From Alphaproteobacteria bacterium (GTDB taxonomy: Bacteria; Pseudomonadota; Alphaproteobacteria; Micropepsales; Micropepsaceae), in the NCBI GenBank assembly GCA_019242275.1, contig JAFAVT010000077.1:9474-73473 (forward strand): a stretch of DNA of 64,000 bases, given 5' to 3'. Positions 59,045-64,000 of this stretch are shown piece after piece. The position numbers and the translations under genes are program-made. Numbering within the stretch: the first letter of the stretch is position 1; the number at the start of each line of letters is the position of its first letter. A model generated the notes under the pieces. It saw nothing but the letters and a program-made list of their open reading frames with translations, was not told the DNA's origin and ran no database searches.

Positions 59045-61498
59045 ATGTTTCCGGAAATTTTCAACGCCTGGTTTGCCGCCCGCGGCTGGCGCCCGCGCCC
59101 CCATCAACTGGCGCTGGTGGACCATGCTATGCGGGGCGAGAGTGTGCTGTTGGTGGCGCCCACCGGCGGCGGCAAGACCCTGGCGGGGTTTCTTCCCAGC
59201 CTGATTGATCTGGCGCAAAAGCCAAAACGCGCCCGCAAAGCCGCGCTTCACACACTTTATATATCGCCGCTCAAGGCGCTGGCGGTTGACGTGGCCCGCA
59301 ACCTTGAAACGCCGGCGGCGGAAATGGCGCTGGATATCCGCATTGAGACCCGCACCGGCGACACCCCATTGTCCCGCCGGCAGCGCCAGCGCCATTTGCC
59401 GCCCGACATTTTGCTGACCACGCCGGAGCAACTGGCGCTGCTCATTGCCCATCCCCGCGCCGGGCAAATGTTCGAAAACCTCAGGACCGTGGTGCTGGAC
59501 GAACTGCATGCGCTCTACAATTCCAAGCGCGGCGATCTGCTGGCCTTGGGACTGGCCCGGCTTTCCGCCCTGGCGCCGGCCCATCGCCGCGTCGGGCTTT
59601 CCGCCACCGTGAAAGACCCCGCCCTGCTCCAACGCTTTCTGGTGCCGCAACGTGCCGGCACCGAATATCTATCCGAACTTGTGGTGGCGCGGGGCGGGGC
59701 CAGACCGGAAATCGAAATCTCGGCCTCGGAAGAATATGTCCCCTGGGCCGGGCATCTGGCCCGTCACGCCATGGCCGATGTGATGGCGGCGATCAAAACC
59801 GCCACCACCGCCCTGGTCTTCGTCAACACCCGCAGCCAGGCCGAGCGCACCTTCCAGGAATTGTGGCAGCTCAACGACGACAATCTGCCCATCGCCCTGC
59901 ATCACGGCAGCCTGGCGCCCGAGCAGCGCCGCAAGGTGGAGGCGGCGATGACGCGCGGCAGCCTGCGCGCCGTGGTGGCGACCTCGACGCTGGATCTCGG
60001 CATTGACTGGGGCGCGGTGGATAAAGTGATCTGCATCGGCGCGCCCAAGGGCGCCGCCCGCCTGGTGCAGCGCATCGGCCGCGCCAATCATCGCTTGGAT
60101 GAACCCAGCCGGGCCCTGCTGGTGCCGGCCAACCGCTTTGAGGTGCTGGAATGTCATGCCGCCAGGGCGGCGGTGCTGGCCGGCGAACTGGACGGCGAGC
60201 GCCCCCGCGCCGGTGGCTTGGACGTTCTGGCCCAGCATGTGCTGGGCACCGCTTGCGCCGCGCCCTTCGATGCGGCGGCGCTCTACGAAGAAGTGCGTTC
60301 CGCCGCGCCCTATGCGGCGCTGACACGGCGCGATTTTGATGCCGTGGTGGATTTCGTCGCCACCGGCGGTTATGCCCTGCGCGCCTATGACCGCTATGCC
60401 CGGTTGCGGGCAACGCCCGATGGCAAATATCGGCTGGCCCATCCCCGTCTGGCGCAGCAATACCGGCTCAATGTCGGTGTCATCGTCGAAGACCCGATGG
60501 TGGCGATCAAGCTGCAAGGCAAGGGCCGGCCCGCCGGCGCCGGCGGCCGCAAGCTAGGCGAGCTCGAGGAATATTTCATTGAGCAGCTTTCGCCCGGCGA
60601 TACTTTTGTCTTTGCCGGCGATGTGCTGCGCTTTGAGGCGCTGCGTGAAGACGCCGCCTATGTCACCCGCGCCAGCGATCCCGAAGCCGAAATCCCCAGC
60701 TACAATGGCGGCAAGTTTCCGCTTTCCACTTTTCTCGCCCAGCGGGTGCGCGAAATGGTCTCCAACCCCAAAAGCTGGGCCGAACTGCCGGGGCCGGTGA
60801 ATGAATGGCTGGCGATCCAGGAGGCGCGCAGCACCATTCCGTTGCCGGGTCAGTTGCTGGTCGAGACTTTTCCCCGCAACAAGCGACATTATCTTTGCTG
60901 CTATCCCTTTGAAGGCCGCCTGGCGCACCAGACCTTGGGCATGCTGCTGACGCGGCGGCTGGAGCGGGGCAATTTCCGCCCGCTGGGTTTTGTCGCCAAC
61001 GAATATGCCCTTTGCGTCTGGGCGGCGCGCGACATGGCGGCCGCCAAGATGGATGCCCTGTTCGACCAGGATATGCTGGGTGATGATCTGGATGCCTGGC
61101 TGGCTGATTCCAATCTCTACAAGCGCACCTTCCGCAACTGCGCCATCATTGCCGGCCTGATCCAGCGCCGCTTTCCGGGTCAGGAGAAATCCGGCAAACA
61201 GGTGACATTTTCTTCAGATCTTATTTACGATGTCTTGAGGGCACATGAGCCCGACCATGTGCTTTTGCGCGCTACCTATGCCGATGCCGGCACCGGCCTG
61301 CTCGACATCGCCCGCCTCTCCGATATGCTGGCCCGGATCAAGGGCCGCATTGTCACGCGGCGGCTGGAACGGGTTTCACCCCTGGCGGTGCCGGCGCTTC
61401 TGGAGATAGACAAGCAGATGGTGGCGGGTGCGGTGGACGAGGATATTTTGCATGAGAATGAAGACGCCTTGATCCGGGATGCCATGCGGGTGGAATGA
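59045..61498 (+). CDS. lhr: Lhr-type DEXH-box helicase (ligase-associated DNA damage response helicase family)
   Basis: Start MFPEIFNAWFAARGWRPRPHQ. Helicase motifs APTGGGKT, VLDELH (DExH), LSAT and VATSTLDLGIDWG are present, with a long C-terminal DEAD-associated region. Confidence 0.9.
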   Translation: MFPEIFNAWFAARGWRPRPHQLALVDHAMRGESVLLVAPTGGGKTLAGFLPSLIDLAQKPKRARKAALHTLYISPLKALAVDVARNLETPAAEMALDIRIETRTGDTPLSRRQRQRHLPPDILLTTPEQLALLIAHPRAGQMFENLRTVVLDELHALYNSKRGDLLALGLARLSALAPAHRRVGLSATVKDPALLQRFLVPQRAGTEYLSELVVARGGARPEIEISASEEYVPWAGHLARHAMADVMAAIKTATTALVFVNTRSQAERTFQELWQLNDDNLPIALHHGSLAPEQRRKVEAAMTRGSLRAVVATSTLDLGIDWGAVDKVICIGAPKGAARLVQRIGRANHRLDEPSRALLVPANRFEVLECHAARAAVLAGELDGERPRAGGLDVLAQHVLGTACAAPFDAAALYEEVRSAAPYAALTRRDFDAVVDFVATGGYALRAYDRYARLRATPDGKYRLAHPRLAQQYRLNVGVIVEDPMVAIKLQGKGRPAGAGGRKLGELEEYFIEQLSPGDTFVFAGDVLRFEALREDAAYVTRASDPEAEIPSYNGGKFPLSTFLAQRVREMVSNPKSWAELPGPVNEWLAIQEARSTIPLPGQLLVETFPRNKRHYLCCYPFEGRLAHQTLGMLLTRRLERGNFRPLGFVANEYALCVWAARDMAAAKMDALFDQDMLGDDLDAWLADSNLYKRTFRNCAIIAGLIQRRFPGQEKSGKQVTFSSDLIYDVLRAHEPDHVLLRATYADAGTGLLDIARLSDMLARIKGRIVTRRLERVSPLAVPALLEIDKQMVAGAVDEDILHENEDALIRDAMRVE

Positions 61499-61517
61499 CG
61501 TGGAAAACTTGGCCGAT

Positions 61518-61600
61518 GGTTCGACAAGCGCACCATGAGCGTGCAAGACACCACTTCATCCTGAGACCCTCATCCCGAGCTTGTCGAGGGACGAAGGATG
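61518..61600. repeat. Dispersed palindromic repeat family A, degenerate copy
   Basis: Sequence ggttcgacaagcgcaccatgagcg...cttcatcctgagaccctcatcccgagcttgtcgagggacgaaggatg. It lies between lhr and pdeM. Confidence 0.65.
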
Positions 61601-61628
61601 GCAAGCGGCCCAGTGTAAGAAGAACGCA

Positions 61629-62306
61629 ATGTGGAATGACCTCATCATCAACGTGAACGGCGAAAGTGTGCTGCTGGATGCCCTGGGCGCCGCCTTCCTG
61701 CCGGCGCATCGGGCGCTGGTGGTGGCCGACATGCATTTCGAGAAGGGCTCGTCCTTTGCCCGCACCGGTCAGTTCCTGCCGCCCTATGACAGCCGCGCCA
61801 CGCTTCTGAAGCTGGCCGAGGCGGTGGGCCGCCACCAGCCCGCCGTCGTTGTCGCGCTGGGCGATTCCTTCCATGACGGCGAAGCCGGGGGCCGCATCGG
61901 CGCCGAGGAACGCGCCATGCTGGACGCGCTGGCCAGGGTGGCGGAATGGGTCTGGATTGCCGGCAATCACGATCCCAAGCCGCCGGCCTGGCTGGGCGGG
62001 CGGACGGCGGGCGAAATCACTTTTGGCGGCCTCACCCTGCGCCACGAACCCCATGCCGAACTGCATCTGGGCGAAGTGGCGGGGCACCTGCACCCCTGCG
62101 CCACCGCCGCCAAATGGGGCCGCAGCGTCCGCCGCCGCTGTTTCGTCTCCGACGGCTTGCGCCTGGTGCTGCCGGCCTTTGGCGCCTATGCCGGCGGCCT
62201 GGATGTGCGCGAGACCCCGATCGCCGGCCTCTTCGCCGGCCCCTATCACGCCTACATGCTGGGCCGCACCCGCGTCTATGCCATGGCGCACCGCAAGAGT
62301 GCCTGA
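61629..62306 (+). CDS. pdeM: Ligase-associated DNA damage response metallophosphoesterase PdeM
   Basis: Start MWNDLIINVNGESVLLDALGAAFLPAHRALVVADMHFEKG. Later motifs are GDSFHD, GNHD and GHLHP. It lies directly downstream of lhr. Confidence 0.85.
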   Translation: MWNDLIINVNGESVLLDALGAAFLPAHRALVVADMHFEKGSSFARTGQFLPPYDSRATLLKLAEAVGRHQPAVVVALGDSFHDGEAGGRIGAEERAMLDALARVAEWVWIAGNHDPKPPAWLGGRTAGEITFGGLTLRHEPHAELHLGEVAGHLHPCATAAKWGRSVRRRCFVSDGLRLVLPAFGAYAGGLDVRETPIAGLFAGPYHAYMLGRTRVYAMAHRKSA

Positions 62307-62308
62307 TC

Positions 62309-63160
62309 CTACCGCCGCGCCGCCGCTGCGATGTCGCGCATCGCCTTGATAGCCGCCTCTGTTCGCGCCGGGGCGAGCGTAATCGAGTTGACATAGCCCT
62401 GTCCGTAAGCCGCAGGCGGCGTCCCGATCGGCCGGCAGATGAAGATGTCGCTCAGGGGCCGGCTTTGTGCTCCGGCGAGCTGCTTGCGATTCTCGCCGTC
62501 AAGGCTCAGCGGCAGCGTCGCAAAACGCTCGATCAAAAGCGTACTCATCGAATCCAGCACATTGCTGTAGGTGCGCACCTGGCCAAGTGCCGCACGCAGG
62601 CCGGCTTCGGACGCCGGATCGAGGCGCCGTCCCGGCCCCACCATGGAATAGAGCACCGACCAGCCTTCAACTTCCTGGCGGCTGAACTCGTCCATCCGCG
62701 CCAACAACTGGTAGGTACTGGCGATATCAACCATCTGGCCGTCAGGAAAATGGGTCGCGGTCTGCGAGGCCACCACGCCGTCCCAGGCGCCGGTGAGCCA
62801 GGTCTGGCGCCAATCTATGCCAAAGTCGCCCAGCGGCGGCAGGCTGCCCTGCTTCGCCGCATGGTCCAGCACCAGCGCCAGTTCATCAAGACGCCTTTGC
62901 GCGCAACCGCGGCTGCGCAGGCGAAGCGTGGCCCCTACCAGATTGCTGGTCAACTCATTGGCAATGGCCGTGCGCGCCTCTGCCACCTGGGCCCGCCAGT
63001 GCAGCCACTCCACCGTCTGCTCGGCGGCGAGCGCGATGCAGACACCGATCACCACCACGCCGATCTCGGTGAGTAATTCGCGCCAGGAGTGGACGGGTTT
63101 CGGCTTGTGAAATTCCATCTTGGGTTCCTCGGGCGGGAGAGGTTGCAGAGGCTCACTCAT
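62309..63160 (-). CDS. Membrane-anchored hypothetical protein, tandem paralogue 1
   Basis: 283 aa. N-terminus FHKPKPVHSWRELLTEIGVVVIGVCIALAAEQTVEWLHWRAQV has a single TM. It shares blocks with the next gene (GSLPPxGDxG, THFP, GPGRRLDPAS, ICRPIGTxPxxYGQ). Its ATG overlaps the upstream stop (ATGA). Confidence 0.65.
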   Translation of the reverse strand: MSEPLQPLPPEEPKMEFHKPKPVHSWRELLTEIGVVVIGVCIALAAEQTVEWLHWRAQVAEARTAIANELTSNLVGATLRLRSRGCAQRRLDELALVLDHAAKQGSLPPLGDFGIDWRQTWLTGAWDGVVASQTATHFPDGQMVDIASTYQLLARMDEFSRQEVEGWSVLYSMVGPGRRLDPASEAGLRAALGQVRTYSNVLDSMSTLLIERFATLPLSLDGENRKQLAGAQSRPLSDIFICRPIGTPPAAYGQGYVNSITLAPARTEAAIKAMRDIAAAARR

Positions 63161-64000
63161 GGCGCGGGTGATGAAGCGGTATCGCCGAAGGGGGGAAGGC
63201 TTTTCAGCCTTTCATCCGTCAGAGGCGGCGCAAGATTGTACGAAGACTGGCCATAGTGGGGCGGCACGGTGCCGATGGGGCGGCATATGCTGAAGCCGCC
63301 ACGCAAGACACCCTCCGCCTCCTTGGGGACGGTTGTCGCATTGCTCTCCAGAGCCAGCCGGCGCAGGAGCGCAATCAACTTCAGGTCCTGCGCGTTAAAG
63401 GGCAGGTGCAGGGTTTTTGTTCGCTCAATGATGAGCGAAGCACCAAAGGCCCTGCGGCGCGCAAGGGTGCGGGCGCGTCCCAGGGAACGGCGCAGATCGG
63501 CCAGGGATGCGGGATCGAGACGGCGGCCGGGACCGCTGATGTCATCAAGGTCGGTCCATGCGTTGGGATCAGGCGCATCGTTGACAAGGTGTATGAGGGC
63601 GTAAATGTCCGCCAGTAGCGTCAGCTCCTCGCGGGGAAAGTGGGTCACGACCTGCGAAGCCACCATGCTTTCCCATGTACCGGTACGCCAGACCCTGGTG
63701 GAGGGCACGCCAATATCGCCGACCGGCGGGAGAGACCCCGTTTCCTGCGCCTTGTCGAGAATAGCCGCGATTTCGTCCAAACGGTTTTCGGCGCAGAGCC
63801 CGCTCCGCCATGCGACAATCGCCGAACCGATGTTCTGCGCCATCTCGGCAGCGATCGCCTGGCGGGATTCCTGGACCTGTGCCCGCCAGTGCAACCATTC
63901 GACGCCCTGTTCGGCGGCCAGCGCAATCGCGACGCCGATGACAATGACGCCGATCTCGGTCAAAAGTTCTCGCCAGGAATGGACCGGTTTCGGCTTGTGA
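63157..64000 (-). CDS. Membrane-anchored hypothetical protein, tandem paralogue 2 (5' end outside window)
   Basis: The frame is open to the window edge. The N-terminal region ...HKPKPVHSWRELLTEIGVIVIGVAIALAAEQGVEWLHWRAQV is nearly identical to paralogue 1, and the rest has diverged. Confidence 0.65.
   Translation of the reverse strand, partial: HKPKPVHSWRELLTEIGVIVIGVAIALAAEQGVEWLHWRAQVQESRQAIAAEMAQNIGSAIVAWRSGLCAENRLDEIAAILDKAQETGSLPPVGDIGVPSTRVWRTGTWESMVASQVVTHFPREELTLLADIYALIHLVNDAPDPNAWTDLDDISGPGRRLDPASLADLRRSLGRARTLARRRAFGASLIIERTKTLHLPFNAQDLKLIALLRRLALESNATTVPKEAEGVLRGGFSICRPIGTVPPHYGQSSYNLAPPLTDERLKSLPPFGDTASSPAP

Overview
High-GC (roughly two-thirds G+C by eye) chromosomal segment with alphaproteobacterial gene content and synteny. 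It resembles Rhodospirillales/Acetobacteraceae-type genomes, but the taxon cannot be proven from this window. About 60 genes, mostly core housekeeping blocks: tolB-pal-cpoB, tilS-ftsH-(insert)-folP-glmM, thiD, purA, GNAT-folA, apbC, degP, serB/miaA, ilvB-ilvN-(lysE-type exporter)-ilvC, leuA, mreB-mreC-mreD-mrdA-rodA, tRNA-Lys(CTT), maeB, gnd-pgl-ppgK and lhr-pdeM. I saw no rRNA, CRISPR array, transposase, integrase or obvious prophage. Accessory or unusual content: (1) directly after tRNA-Lys, a 75-aa twin-arginine-signal micro-protein followed by a PqqD(RRE)-TPR-SAM-methyltransferase fusion, which is my best candidate for an undescribed peptide-modification/export system; (2) a translationally coupled srs-like operon, type III PKS-methyltransferase-FAD oxidoreductase, extended by a secreted DUF3574 protein; (3) a low-GC orphan PD-(D/E)XK nuclease-like gene wedged into the conserved ftsH-folP junction beside a dense hairpin-repeat cluster; (4) tandem, translationally coupled membrane-anchored paralogues of unknown family at the window end; (5) a candidate Leu-codon leader peptide upstream of leuA; (6) two dispersed palindromic repeat families that seed many spurious ORFs. 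Many long ORFs in the six-frame track are antisense artefacts of high GC, and several true genes start well inside the listed ORFs. All family assignments come from motif recognition by eye, not from database searches.
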